Shown: positions 49,541-61,875 of the stretch, in pieces
Layout: the number at the start of each line of letters is the position of its first letter
Position numbering within the stretch: the first letter of the stretch is position 1
Origin: Utricularia gibba
Lineage: Eukaryota > Plantae > Magnoliophyta
NCBI GenBank assembly: GCA_002189035.1
Contig: NEEC01000002.1
Span: 4,154,001-4,218,000, forward strand
Length of the DNA stretch: 64,000 bases
Direction of reading: 5' to 3'
Translations under genes and position numbers: made by a program
The notes under the pieces: generated by a model
Database searches by the model: none
Told to the model about the DNA's origin: nothing
The model's input: only the letters and a program-made list of their open reading frames with translations

Positions 49541-49812
49541 ATCAGAGCCAAACCCGGGCTCTTGCCAATGGTGAGATGAGATGGCACTCAGCGAGGATGC
49601 TAAGTGTCTAAGAGGGGGTGAATGTAAGGCTAAGGGCCAAGTGATGACTACCCATCCCACATTGGTTACGGACAGGGGAGGGGACGTCCTTAAATAGAGG
49701 TACCTTGCTAATTTTGCATGAGGCCTTTTCCCCAGAAGGGGAGAACGTAAAACTGTGAGGGTCGGATGCCCAAAGCAGACAATATCGTGCAAGGCGAGTG
49801 TGGGTTATGACA
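49541..49812 (+). mobile_element. TRIM-like miniature LTR element lacking its 5' LTR
   Basis: Partial Met PBS ATCAGAGCC (49541), short internal GCGAGGATGCT, PPT AGAGGGGGTGAA, and a 190-bp LTR 49623-49812 (TGTAAGG...CCCACATTGG...AAAACTGTGAGG...AAAGCAGACAATATC...ATGACA). Confidence 0.8.
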
Positions 49813-49814
49813 TA

Positions 49815-51253
49815 TGTCAAGGTCCAAATTCACAACTTATAAATTTAGACCTTGATGCCATGTTCTCAAAAAAGAACATAAGACTATATTATCATATTAA
49901 CTTAAACTGATAGGGAGATTGGATTAGTTTAGGTTACATCACATAGTAAGAGATGAAGCAAAAATGAAAGTAATTCACATAACAATTATACAACATAGTG
50001 GACAACATAATAGTTTAGCTAAAATGACTCCCTACACAAACTTAACGCTTCAAGAATTCACAAGACAACCTAGAAAGATAAGAACTAGTTTGGATGCGAG
50101 AGCTGTTCCGAACGACCAAGTTAGACCCACAACCAAGAGACTCCAAAATGACAGGCAATGAGATCCTTTTTCCAACAACGTGGATCACAACATCTAGTCC
50201 TACCTTTCCTGTTCATTACCTGGAATAATTAGCGGTCAAGGCACTGAATGCAATTCATTTAATCAATAAGACCATGTAGAGCAGGTATGCATCCATTCAA
50301 AATAAAGGTTCATCATAAAACAAGGATAAACAATAACATTTGACATATTATGAGTTCATTAACTATGTGACCATTTACGTGCATGGTTGCACCCCCTTGA
50401 TCTCAATAACTTTAGTACAACAACATAGACAAAGGATAAAGAGATGTCACATTAATCATACTTCATGAAACATAGCCAATCAGCACATAAAAGTCATGAA
50501 ACACACAGAAGCACAGATTTACATGTAGAACACAGCACATAAATTCAGAACCCATCATCTCGCTTAACTTTTTCCAAACTGGCTCCTTCCAAACTCAAAC
50601 CCTTTGTAAACGTCTATGCTATAAGTTTCAGGAATCTCGTCATTTTGAAACCGCTACACAGCTCTCAACAAACCATACTTCACAACGGTGCAAACTACTT
50701 TTTTGATATCCCTATAAGCAGATTCCCCACATTTTTTCTCCTTTCCAAAAATGCTTTTCCTTTTATCTATGCTCCTTTTATAATGTTAGCCATGCTTATC
50801 TGTTATTCCTCTAATCGAGACACATGCCACCCTAATCAAAACACATGACATTTTCTTAATTTGCATGAAGCACATGTCAACACCATATTAAAACACATGA
50901 TGCTCTCTGATTGGTCAGGCTGCATGTTTTATCTGTGTTTTCGCAAGCTAATTAAAACACATGTCAACGGTGAAGCCTTGATTGCACAAGTCCTGCGCGT
51001 GTGATAGTTTTACTATGTTTTTCGACATTTAAATTGAGGTTTGATTCTGTTTTTCGCAATGGTGTCTTTATCAATGTGCTCTTTATTATCACATAACCCG
51101 AAGGGAGTGTGAGAGAATCAAAGGATGGCCTCAAGTACCTAAGGAGAAGGGCTCAATTGGAAGTCGTTAGCAAGGCACATTCTGTCTAATCTGTCTACGA
51201 GGTGTGAGGTGTAGGGGTTAGATTTGGGTATGGGGAAAATACGAGTTATCACA
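49815..51253 (-). repeat. Tekay/Del-like LTR (about 1.44 kb), no TSD
   Basis: Minus-strand termini TGTGATAACTCG...TTTGGACCTTGACA; related to 24455-25260; flanks ACATA/AGAGG do not match. Confidence 0.65.
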
Positions 51254-51399
51254 AGAGGTAAAATGGCTCTAGTGGCATAGTTGATTCTATAATCCCACTA
51301 AACGAGGAACGGTGCTATAACGGTCACCGAGAAGCACTATTTTAGAATAACACCCCCGGAACTTGCACAAGTAGGTCAATCTTCAAGATTTACACACAC

Positions 51400-54120
51400 A
51401 AGTTTGGGCGAGTTTTAAACAAGGTGAATTCTAGATCCAAAGCCAATTTTCTTATTGTTTTTAAAACCAAATCTTTCTTTTGTTTTTCGGTCTTTTTTCA
51501 GTCTTTGTTTGAAAAAAAATTCCAATAAAAATTTCATGTGGATACGATCTTATTTTATTACTTCGACGGTTTCTGTGCACTTGCAGAATCACCATCAATA
51601 CTCCAAAGTCAAATACAATTACATTAATCATCCATTTCAATAGGACTAACCGATTCATCCTATTCTTGGTTTTGGTTACTTAGGGCAGAAACTCTTGAGG
51701 CATGAGCGAGACCATAATATGCAAGTTTTCGCATCCTTTTTTGTTCTGAAATCATATTTGCAATATCTACATTTGAAAGTTCGTTTGTCAATGATGTCAT
51801 ATATAGTTAATTGAATTGCCACATCAATTCATTCCTTTTATCAATACTTATCTTCATTACCTTGATATCATCTCAGAATTCTTAATATACAACTTGTTTA
51901 GAATTTGATCCAACCACTTGTTTTTCCATGTGTTTACGCTTTGTTGCCTTTTTCCCAATTGGTCTTTCTTCTTGTGGAGTAGGTGATGTTTCAATGTTAT
52001 CAAGACCTAAATAAAAAGTAAAAATAAATAATAAGATCCAAAAAATAGAAAGTAAATATAAAAATCAAATGTGTTACAAACTTTCCATACTCATTTGATA
52101 GTGATCCCATGTTGTTTTGAGGTTTAGTTACTCTAGTAGCACTTGTCATTCTAGGAGTGTTGCAAAAAAAAACATCATAACTAACAACAAATAAAGCTTG
52201 TTCTTTAATTGATGGTAACTTAGCATTTCTTACTGACATCCATTTTCGCTCATTACGTAGAATCTATCAACATTTTATATTAGTGAAATATTTATTCATT
52301 TCAACTTGCACAACTCTAAAGCTTGTTGTTTAAAATCATATTCATTGAATCTGCTCCCTCCTCTTGCAACTGTTGGTGTATGTGTTCTACGAATAATCAA
52401 TTCATTGGCAAATCTTATCTTTTGATATTTACTTTGAATTTTGATCAAGTTTATATTACTAATAAAATCCTCTACTTGGTCTATATGCTGTAGAAATTAT
52501 GATGAGATCGTAATGTGACATTCTTCAAGGATTTATGTTCAAGTTAAAAATTCTCTACCTAAAGTATTTGTGAAATGAGGATATCTCAAATACGGATAAG
52601 TTGGTACACGTTGAGATCCCTAAATTGTATAAGCAATGGTTCTCACAATTTACGTAATGTGATTACTAGAACTATGTGTAGATGTCGATTGGAGAATTGA
52701 TTCACTGGATGACTTGTCTTCAAGATGCTACTATAGGAAGCTAACTAAATGTCAGTAGCAAGATCTCGAATATGACAGCCATGCAAGCTTAGACTTAAGA
52801 TCAATAAAGTTATCTTAATCTTAAGCTTACATTTTCGCTCATTATTAATGAGAGTCTAACCATGGCTTGCCTAGTATAGATGAAAAAGGATGTGACTTCT
52901 TAAGGTTGGAGATAGTTGATGTATCTTATTTCAACTAATTACATCAAAGCTTAACAGTGAGTCCTAGGCATAGGGTAATGACACTCGAAGTGTTTGAATA
53001 GGTTATGGAATGTCAGTACTTAAATACAATTATAAGTTCGAAACATCAAAAAGAGACGCACCCATGTTTTCGTATCAAATGAGATATAAGTATGATGAAA
53101 GATGTTCATTACATGGTGACTGGTCATAGAAAGCCTCAATCAATTCACTTGATTACTCTTACATCTTGGGTATCATGATATGCTGCTATACATCACTTAT
53201 TATCGATAATGATGGATTTATTTAATTAAAAATTAATTAATAAATTCATTATTGCGGCATTGATTTGAGAAGTCTATAGGGTCACACACAATAGTAAAAT
53301 CACTTATCGATATAAAATAGAATAACATAATTACATGAGATATAATCGGTAAAGTGGATAAATTAAATAGAGAGTTATTTTGAGATCAATATTGATTAAA
53401 TTCAAAATAAAAGATCTAATACACATAAGATTTGGAACATATATATATATATCCACACGAGAAGACGTTTACAGAGATTTGATTAGATATGTTACCAAAT
53501 ATCTATATAATGTAATCAGAAAGATTCGATCTGTAGAGATTCCTATATCTTCGTTCTCTCTGAGATTTATCTTCAAGGAGCGACTTTCTCTACTAGCATT
53601 TGAGGAGATCAAACATCATTCTATGGCCTTGAGAAGGTTATCGATGAAGTGCTTCATATATGGATACCATAGAGGTTGTATATTGTTGGCAGATGGTGAA
53701 CAACGGAGTGCACTCAAAGGTATTTTCAGAATCCATTTATCTAATGTATACTGTATTCCAAGATCTGTATTTGGGTTTTCTCGAAAATTTTTAAATTTCG
53801 CTGCATTTTTTATATGCAAAGTGTATGAGAAACTATCAGCAACAATATAATCAAAACAACCTAAAGACTTACTTATAGAATGGCTTAGATTTACTCATTT
53901 TCAGAAAATTGTATCTTGTGTACAAGCTTGAGTAGGTTTAGTTTGATGATAATACTTTTTGATTGTATCTTGATGATGTATTTTCTTCCACAAACTGTTC
54001 CCTTTTAGTAAAGTTCCATGTTTTGAATCCTTGCTTACGTTAAGACAAGCCGAAACAAGAATGAGCTTATCTTCTTCACACCACCTTGTAGAAACCAATC
54101 CTCTATTGGTCATTCTATAA
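51400..54120 (-). mobile_element. PIF/Harbinger remnant (Myb/SANT-like gene pieces, possible transposase start), interrupted by a copia fragment
   Basis: RWCEEDKLILVSACLNVSKDSKHG...LWKKI (53901-54113) and ERPIGKKATKRK (about 51930-51980). Confidence 0.55.
52480..53838 (+). mobile_element. Copia (Angela-like) 3' end: decayed RNase H tail, PPT-like site, LTR about 52698-53838
   Basis: GATTGGAGAA-TTG junction; LTR-like body with GGATACCATAGAGG and AAATTTCGCTGC near the 3' end; part repeated at 47285-47567. Confidence 0.5.
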
Positions 54121-54728
54121 AAAGAGAAAAGCTGGACTAATGAATAAAGTCAAAAGCCTATGAGTTTCTCAACAAAATCCAATCCTTTATCAAGCACTGA
54201 ATTGAATTTATTCCAGCAAGTTTCATTCAAACAATTAATGAGAAACCAACAAAGTCCTTCGAAAAGGAATTCAACCCCACCACAAGACACAATCAAACTT
54301 ATCTAAATATCAATAGCCCTTGATTACCCAGAACCCAGGTCAAATAAATTCATGTAAACCAATGATACTACTTCAAAAGCAAAAAAAAAAAACAAAAAGA
54401 AGAATATTGAGTCTTGGAGGATAGGTTTCAAGACTATGGGTTTGGACTTACAATATAGGTTTGAAAGAGCTAACTTCACAAGATAGGTTTGAAAAGTTAT
54501 TAACTAAGGTCCACGAACAACACTATGGGTTTGCACTTAAGACCTACGAACAAGATATAATTCAAACAGACTTGCATCGAAGAATCAAAGCATTGGTGCT
54601 AGTGGAATTGAGGAAGAAAAAAGTTGGCACCATCTTTTGACATCCACTTTAATGGATTTCCATTGGCGCCATTGAAAAAAAAATAAACCCACACAATGGT
54701 TTCTGAAAATCTAATAAACAAAATGTAA

Positions 54729-54960
54729 GTGCCACATAGACTTTCGTGGAAACTATTGGAGATGTTCTTAAGACATCTATATCCAAATATGATGGTGGTT
54801 TTGAAGAAGGGAATTCTAATGCTCTACAATACAGTTATTATTCATTCAATCATAAATAGTAAATGGGTGAATCTCCATGATGTGGTACTAAAGAAGACTG
54901 GAATGGTAGTAGTAATGACACTCAACAATCTCGTTCAATGGTCCATGTCCCACCATTGAT
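54729..54960 (+). pseudogene. Short Athila RT fragment
   Basis: IIHSIINSKWVNLHDVVLKKTGMVVV, homologous to YSITDSKWVSPIHVVLKKIGMTVV at 5107-5517. Confidence 0.6.
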
Positions 54961-54971
54961 ATTTGTCTTAG

Positions 54972-56360
54972 TGATAAACGGAAATTTCCTAATGTCGTTG
55001 CAAAAATAGAAATTTCGTTATCAAATAAATTTATAAGCCCTAATTTACACAAAATACAAATTTAGAAAACTTGTATAGTGGATATCGGGGTCGATCACGA
55101 AGAGCTTGTGCTTGCTAAGTGTTTTAGTAAATGCATGATTCGGAATAATAGTAGATCTTAGTCTAAGCATGGACTAGCAGTGGCAAGAAAGTTCAGTAAA
55201 TGGAATCAGGTTTCAATGCAAAAGGTAATAAATATTGGTTCTAACCCAGAATAACACGAAGATGCCTTAAGAATCTGTAGGTGGTGTCATGCTAAGGTGC
55301 CTAATTTAATTTACCATGTTCCTACACTTACAACTTCAAATAACCCAAGTCTACCCAGGTCATTTGTCATATTTTCGGCTAAGCTAAACCCCAATGTCAT
55401 CACCAACCTTACAATTAGGTCTACCCGCATGCAAAGTGTATAGAACTAGGTCTACCCGATTCTACTAGTTCTACCCCGGACTAACACCTATTGCTCCCGT
55501 CTTAATTTGTTGGTCTACCTCTAAATCAAGCATCTTAGTTGTGAAGCTACTTATTCCCCTCCTTAGGTCTACCCATGGTTTGATAGAAACAAGAGCTAAG
55601 AAACAAACATAAATTTCATTATTAACCCTAAGCACACACCACCATAATTCACATTAAGACATCCCTAAGGCTTTAGCGACTCATGCTTTGAAGGTAAAAC
55701 ATGATAACATTAATATAAAGCAACGAAAATGTCAAGAACATCGTGAAAGAGTTGGTTGCAGAAACTGAAAACATCAACAAACGAAAATAAAGCAGTAAGA
55801 GTTCTAGTTTCCGTCTGTTGTTGTTCCCTAGCCGGAACAGTAGCGCTGGACTAGGCTCTTATGTTGTTCTTGAGAATGAAGTTCTTCTTCTCCTCTCCTG
55901 GTTCAGTGCTCGTCCTGTTGGGGTTGGGGGAGAAACCCCCTCGTGTCAACCCGTCGTTCCCTTCCTTCTCCCCCCTCCAAAAATATCTTCACATCTTTTT
56001 TCCATTTTTCAAAATCAGTCTACTTTTCCTGACATCTGTACTGTTCTTGGCCTAAACCTGCAAATTGTGGACGGCTGAACAGTACATTATGTCTCCTTTT
56101 TTAATGCTGCCCATTCTTCCAAATATCTACATGCATGAAATTCATGTCTCCTCCCTGATTTTAGAACTTTGCTGTTGGACTAGACAAAATGTTAATAACA
56201 TGGGATGGGCTAAATCAAAGGATTTAGCCCATTAACATGTAAAATCACATTATGTCCTAAAATTTGGTAACAATACTAAAAACTATAAGATAAACACTCA
56301 AAACATGATTCAAAAGCATAATTTTCTTACTCTAATAATAGGAAAATTCGTGTGTTATCA
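54972..56360 (-). mobile_element. Family-A solo LTR (1389 bp) with TSD CTTAG
   Basis: TGATAAACGG...GTGTTATCA; CTTAG at 54967-54971 and 56361-56365. Confidence 0.93.
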
Positions 56361-57201
56361 CTTAGTTTGGTTGTGATATCAAATAGTATGATCTATACTT
56401 CTCTTGTACAATATTATCCTTTGGACACCAAACCCTCATGATTAAATATTTTCTCCTTTCGAGAAATAAGTCTCATACAAGATTAGAAAGATTCCTCTAT
56501 TTTAAACATGTCCGCTAACCCTGTTCATAACCAATATAGGATACTATCACTATGCCCCTAGGAGAGCGAGGCAAAACGTTTAACAATACAACCACTCACT
56601 CTTGAGAGGCAACCATGATTTCATCATGACCATCTCTCTAGCGACTCTAGCCATCTTTCAAGCTATCTTTGCCCTCTTTAGTAGCACTCGAGAAATAGGT
56701 GGCTCAAAGATATTACAAATTGCCTAATTTGTACTATTGAAACTCCAATGATTGAATAGTGGAAGTCAGCTTGGCTTCATTGAGGGTCACCGATTGGCTT
56801 TTAGTTGATCCAATTTCCTTTTAACCTTCTATTCTTGTCACTTAGCAATTGCTAGTTTGGCTTGAGAATCCATCACCAATTACCTCAAGGTGAGGATGTC
56901 TCATTCTAACCTAGATTTCTCCTCATTTCTCTACATTTGTCACTGAGGTAATTACTTCTTGGGTATGCCCACATCATCATAATGGCATGTGTGGGCATTA
57001 AAATAGTTTGCACCCACCCACCTCTCTTTCATCGTAACTTTGAACTAGTTGTGAGCATAATCAAACATCTAAAAGACTTGACGATTCAACAAGAATTAAG
57101 GAGGAAAGTTGGTTAAATGGTATCACCCCTATTGAGATTGAGGAACAAAATTAAAAATAATTTTGACATTAAGTTAAACATTGAAGATTTTTTACGCCCA
57201 C

Positions 57202-58437
57202 TGATGGATGGGAAATTCCAAGGATGTTGCAGCCACAAAGGTTTTCCCTATCAAAAATATTTATAAAACCGTAAAAGCAATCTTCATCACATTCATGAGA
57301 AAATAATATAGTAGTAGCAAGTATAGGTCAATCTATAGGGAGCAAATGATTTTCAGTGGCAAGTTCTACGCGTATGCCGGATTAAATAGGGGGTTTTGTT
57401 TGGAAGTGGTTTATGCTCTACTAGAATTCATCAAATACATCTACTACTCTTAATCTCAAAGCATCAAATAGAATATGTAAATTGGCATCTCAAGAAATTA
57501 ATAGAGAAGATTGCATTTAATCCTAGAGTTAACCATGATGGAAATGTAAAAGATACTAACAAGAAATGTAAAATAAACAAGCAAAAATAAGTTTATCAAG
57601 TGCATAAATAAGTTTGTGCAGAAAATAAAAAGTTCATCAATTCTCCAAGTCAGTTCTTGAGCATGTGTCATTTTCTTCTTCCCAAACAAGCTGGTTCACA
57701 AGCTTTGTTGTGAGAGTTACTAGTTCTGCTACTATTCTGGACATTAGAGGTAATTCTAGTCTTACTCTGAAGACTACTTTCATCGTCTTCTTCTCGAACC
57801 GAAATGTCTTTATCTTTGATGGGTTCTGAATATTGGAGGTTGGTTCTAGTGTCACGCTAGAACTGCTCCTCCTCCAACTTCACTCAGAAAATATGAAAGT
57901 TCTCATCGGAAAATCTCCAAGGAGAGATTCCATGTTCGTCTTTGAAGCTTCCATCTAGAATTACTCTCCTTCTTTCTGATTTATTTTTTTCTTTTATACC
58001 TGCAATCAGATCATGCCAATCTATCACATATCATGACAATAGACTTGCCATCATCCTACTTCCTGACTATAGCTAACCTATAATTCTTCTTTTAGACTTC
58101 AACAGTTTTTTTTCTGACACTTACTCAAAAAATATCTTTTTTCTCATTAATTCAGCTTTCCACATAAATCTTCAATTTCAGATGTCTCTGTACTAAAAAA
58201 AACTTCGCATACTAGTGAAACCATTAATTCTCCCAAATGGACCAGGCATTCTTAGGCTTGTATGAGCAGTAAAGTCACCTCAGCTTTTGGATGAACATAA
58301 AAAATGGTTCAAAATATGTTTTTACCAAAAATAAATTTACTAATGCTAACTTTAGCCATTTTTCCTATTCTAATTCACTAATCTCCCATACTAACATTGA
58401 AAATAGCACAAACATGATCAAATTCAGCACACCATCA
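57202..58437 (-). mobile_element. Family-C-related solo LTR (1236 bp), near-perfect TSD
   Basis: TGATGGATGG...ACACCATCA; flanks CCCAC/CCCGC (one transition); both ends align with 44446-45608. Confidence 0.75.
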
Positions 58438-58520
58438 CCCGCATTTCTAACATCTATCAACCTATGAGAAGTGTCTTCACCTACAGTTCTGGTCTAGGCT
58501 GAAGTTAAAAGAATAAATAA

Positions 58521-59270
58521 TTAGCCTTGGTCCAACCGGGATAATGGATATACTAATAAAAAGAAGAGTACGATCATCATCAGTCTCACACTCGAGCATA
58601 TGCATGGGCTTGTGCTAGCTGCTCTTGTGTTGCGTTTGGGATGTGGATTCACAAATTGCTTTAATTGTTTTGTGGCCCATCGTCGTTTAGCCCAACTGCT
58701 CATCTCCTTTTGTCCAAACTTATCTTCTTCTCCTCGTAGGCACACACATCGAACAACATGATTCATTGTAGGTGCAATTTGATTTGTCAAGATTGAATAG
58801 TCAGAAATGAACACATAATATCCTAATCCTGCTTGGGTGCCCCCTTCAGTACTCTGCTCTGGTTTCTTGTTGCATAGAACGCATCAATCCAACCCTCACA
58901 GAAACTGATTCGTTTTGATCAATTCTCCTGAAGACTTCTGGTCATCGATCACATTTTCCAGCTGTTATCCATGTGGAGAATTAAAGCTTCCATTGCATCC
59001 CGCAAGACATGAAGCTTTGTTGATATTCGGTTGCTAGCAGAAAACTATTGTACAAGAGCATAGAGTGGTGTCTGCTGCATATCATATAATTGAGAGCAGT
59101 CAGCAGCTTGACCATACAATGAATGCTTCTCGAACGGCGCAAATTAACAATTTATCAACGAAGCTTCCATATGCAAGCAGCATCCTATGAGATACCTTCC
59201 AGTTCTTCAGTGCTTCAAGGATGGATGGGAACAACACATTTTTAACCCCTTCAACACCCTCTATGTTAGA
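58521..59270 (-). pseudogene. Decayed protein-coding relic of unrecognised family
   Basis: About 240 codons of protein-like sequence recovered with two frame changes and scattered stops; not matched to any TE or host family I recognise. Confidence 0.4.
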
Positions 59271-60250
59271 ACAAAAAAACAGAAAGCTTGAAACCGTAAT
59301 TTAGATATTCGTTGTTATGATTGAACTAGGAGGAGGAGGGCATCGAATGTAAGACTGCATTTATCCATCTTCAACAAAAAAGAAATCAATTTATGAAGCC
59401 AAATGATGAATAAGTAAACTTTTTGATTGAATGAGGGCAGCAATAATTGACCCACGTGTCAAGTGGGAGGACCGGCCTTAACTTTGGAAGCCCGGTCCCG
59501 GATTCAGCACTGCATTAACGCAGAGTGTCAGTACCCAGTCTTGTTCTTTGTCGCTGGCTCAAAAAGTATGTTTGATTCTCCTCCATCATCCTCATCCCCA
59601 TGTGCTCCATCCATCCATCGCACGCCTCAATCTGATTGCTTCTTCACTAGTAAAAAGGAAAGGCTTATCAGTGCTGCTGCTGTGTGACCCTCCCTGTGTT
59701 CTCATCTGTCTGGGTAGGGTAGCTTAACCTTAACCCACCCCTCAAATCGGTTTTCAACAACGCACGCTTTGATAGCATCCGCTGTGAGCACTCACCAAAC
59801 CAGTAAGTGAATACAACTTGTTACTTGATCATATATCCCCAAATGGGACGCCCCAAGTTCCTCAACCTCCATCGCACGTGCAACAATGTCTTCCCTACCA
59901 AAAAGAAAGAGAAAATACCGATGCCCATGCCCATGCCCATGCCCTCTTCCTCTTATTTCTATATTATGTCATGTACCATCTAACGGTTAACATGTACAAA
60001 AAAAGTTTTTCTTTTTTGTAATTATGAGAAATATTAAAAAAGAGTTCGATCTGATCTGCTAGTGGGCCCACAGCAGCATATTTTATGCATTTAACTGTCC
60101 TATGCAATGCAATAATAACGGGCACGGGATGGCCTCTATTTGGTGCATGTGCACGTAACGTGAACACATTTATTTATGAGATTATCCATCCATACAACGC
60201 CAACACACACAAAGGTGATTTTGGTTCACCACATGGTTCTAACTAGTAGA

Positions 60251-60351
60251 CGATTTTCATATTTTCACTGTATTTTTAGCATCCGGGAAATGTCGCTTCC
60301 ATTTCCCCTGGGGCTGGGCTTCTGCTAAAAATACGGTGAAAATTGAAATCG
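60251..60351. other. 101-nt inverted-repeat hairpin in the presumptive OFP 3' UTR
   Basis: Arms 60251-60281 and 60323-60351 match at 28/29 aligned bases with two 1-nt bulges; the loop holds a second stem GGGAAATG/CATTTCCC. Confidence 0.85.
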
Positions 60352-60374
60352 GACCCACAAACTGAAGGGGTAAA

Positions 60375-60932
60375 CTAGAAGCCGCGTGCTACCCAGATCC
60401 CATGCATGCCGTGTGACGGGCTGCCGTACGACCCGGACCCGGACCCGGAGTGTGCCCCATTCCAGATCTCGGTGAAAGCTCGGACGATGGTGCCATGGTA
60501 GTAGGGTGAATTCAGCTGCAAGAAACAGTTGAGGAGCTCCTTCAGATCCTCTTTCGAGTAAATCTCCCTTTCCAGAATCATCTGGAGCATCGACTGCCTG
60601 AAATCGATGTACGGGTCATTCGACTCCTTCTCCACCGCCACGCTGGCGCCCCCGATTTTGCCGAATCCGTGGACGGTTCTCAGGCTGTGGACGTCGGTTT
60701 CCGTCTCCGAGCGCGGCGGCGTGTCGACGGTGGAGGAGAACGTGGTGGTGGTGGCGTTGTCCCAGGAGGTGGAGGATGTGTTGTAGTTGTGGGGTCGGCG
60801 GTGTCGGCGAGGCTCCGATTTCCCCCGCGGCCGTGGCTCAAACACCGCCAACTTTTTCGGTCGTCCGCAACTGGCGCCGCATCCGAAAGCCGCGGTGAGA
60901 GTGTCGAGAATGCAGTTCCTCTTGCCGGCCAT
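60375..60932 (-). CDS. OFP6: OVATE family transcription repressor, OFP6-like, 185 aa, intronless
   Basis: FGCGASCGRPK N-terminus and OVATE domain SVAVEKESNDPYIDFRQSMLQMILEREIYSKEDLKELLNCFLQLNSPYYHGTIVRAFTEIW; first in-frame ATG at 60932. The symbol is subfamily-level. Confidence 0.92.
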   Translation of the reverse strand: MAGKRNCILDTLTAAFGCGASCGRPKKLAVFEPRPRGKSEPRRHRRPHNYNTSSTSWDNATTTTFSSTVDTPPRSETETDVHSLRTVHGFGKIGGASVAVEKESNDPYIDFRQSMLQMILEREIYSKEDLKELLNCFLQLNSPYYHGTIVRAFTEIWNGAHSGSGSGSYGSPSHGMHGIWVARGF

Positions 60933-61875
60933 TATGCCGCTCCGCCGGAAAACCAGAATCGGCGGCGAGTCACGAAGCCAACATGTGAGAGTTTGTTTAA
61001 TTGTCCCATTTAAATGCTTGAAGCGTTTGGGGTTGGGGTTGGGGTTGAACTTCCCTATTCCCAATTCCCATCCCTTGGGCCCCGCTGTCCATCTGACAGT
61101 CTACAGTAACTACTACGACTTCCACTATTCCTTTTTATTTTTTTTAGCCCTCAACCTTTCCATAATTGAAACTTTACTCGTTTTTTTATTTAATATTTTT
61201 TTCACCTACCAACCTCAATTTTTAGAAAATTGCGAAGCTAGCTCTTCATTGAAGAGCCGTCCATATGATCCACATTTAAATTAGTCCCCACATTAATAGG
61301 AATTGATGTGAATAACTCATGGTTAGCTTTCTTTACATATGAGTGACTTGTATTCATCTCAACAAATACTAGTCAAGTTGATCATTTTTTTGCTTGAAAT
61401 AAGTCATACTTTTTCTTATTTTATTATAGGATTGATAAGACACATCTTACTAGTATTTGTATAATATAAAATTATTATGTTTGTTATAATTTAAAATTTG
61501 TGTGTGCAGTTTTTAATATTTTAATTAGTATTCAACTTATTTTGAATTTCATCAATAAAATTAAAGGGGCTTGTTCTATATGAATTATTGTAATGAATTC
61601 TAATTATCTTAGAATGAGAAATAGTTAAAAAGGAGAATGATAAGTTATTTTTAAAAATAAGTATAATTTATTTTTTAATCATGTTCTATACATTATAATA
61701 TAAATTCTATTTCTAATATCAAATTATTTAATTATTCATGTATTATATTTATATTATATGTATTAATTCAATAGACTAACTTAATTCTATTTATATTGTA
61801 AGTATTAATTCATAATAATATAATAATACATATTTAATAGACAATTGAAATACACAAAAGTTATGGATTACAATT

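Noticed and set aside
49169-49792. 207-aa ORF as a real gene
   Set aside because: It is a chance read-through of antisense TRIM sequence into the MULE transposase frame.
59921-59944. (ATGCCC)4 microsatellite as an RY-like regulatory array
   Set aside because: Units are CATGCC, not CATGCA(T), and no seed gene is adjacent.
61029-61046. (GGGGTT)3 as interstitial telomere or G-quadruplex
   Set aside because: It is not the plant TTTAGGG repeat and has only three adjacent G tracts.
60669-61284. Plus-strand ORFs over OFP and a 44-aa N-terminal extension from TTG 61064
   Set aside because: The ORFs are antisense shadows; the extension needs a non-ATG start and crosses a simple repeat, while ATG 60932 gives a normal OFP6-type N-terminus.
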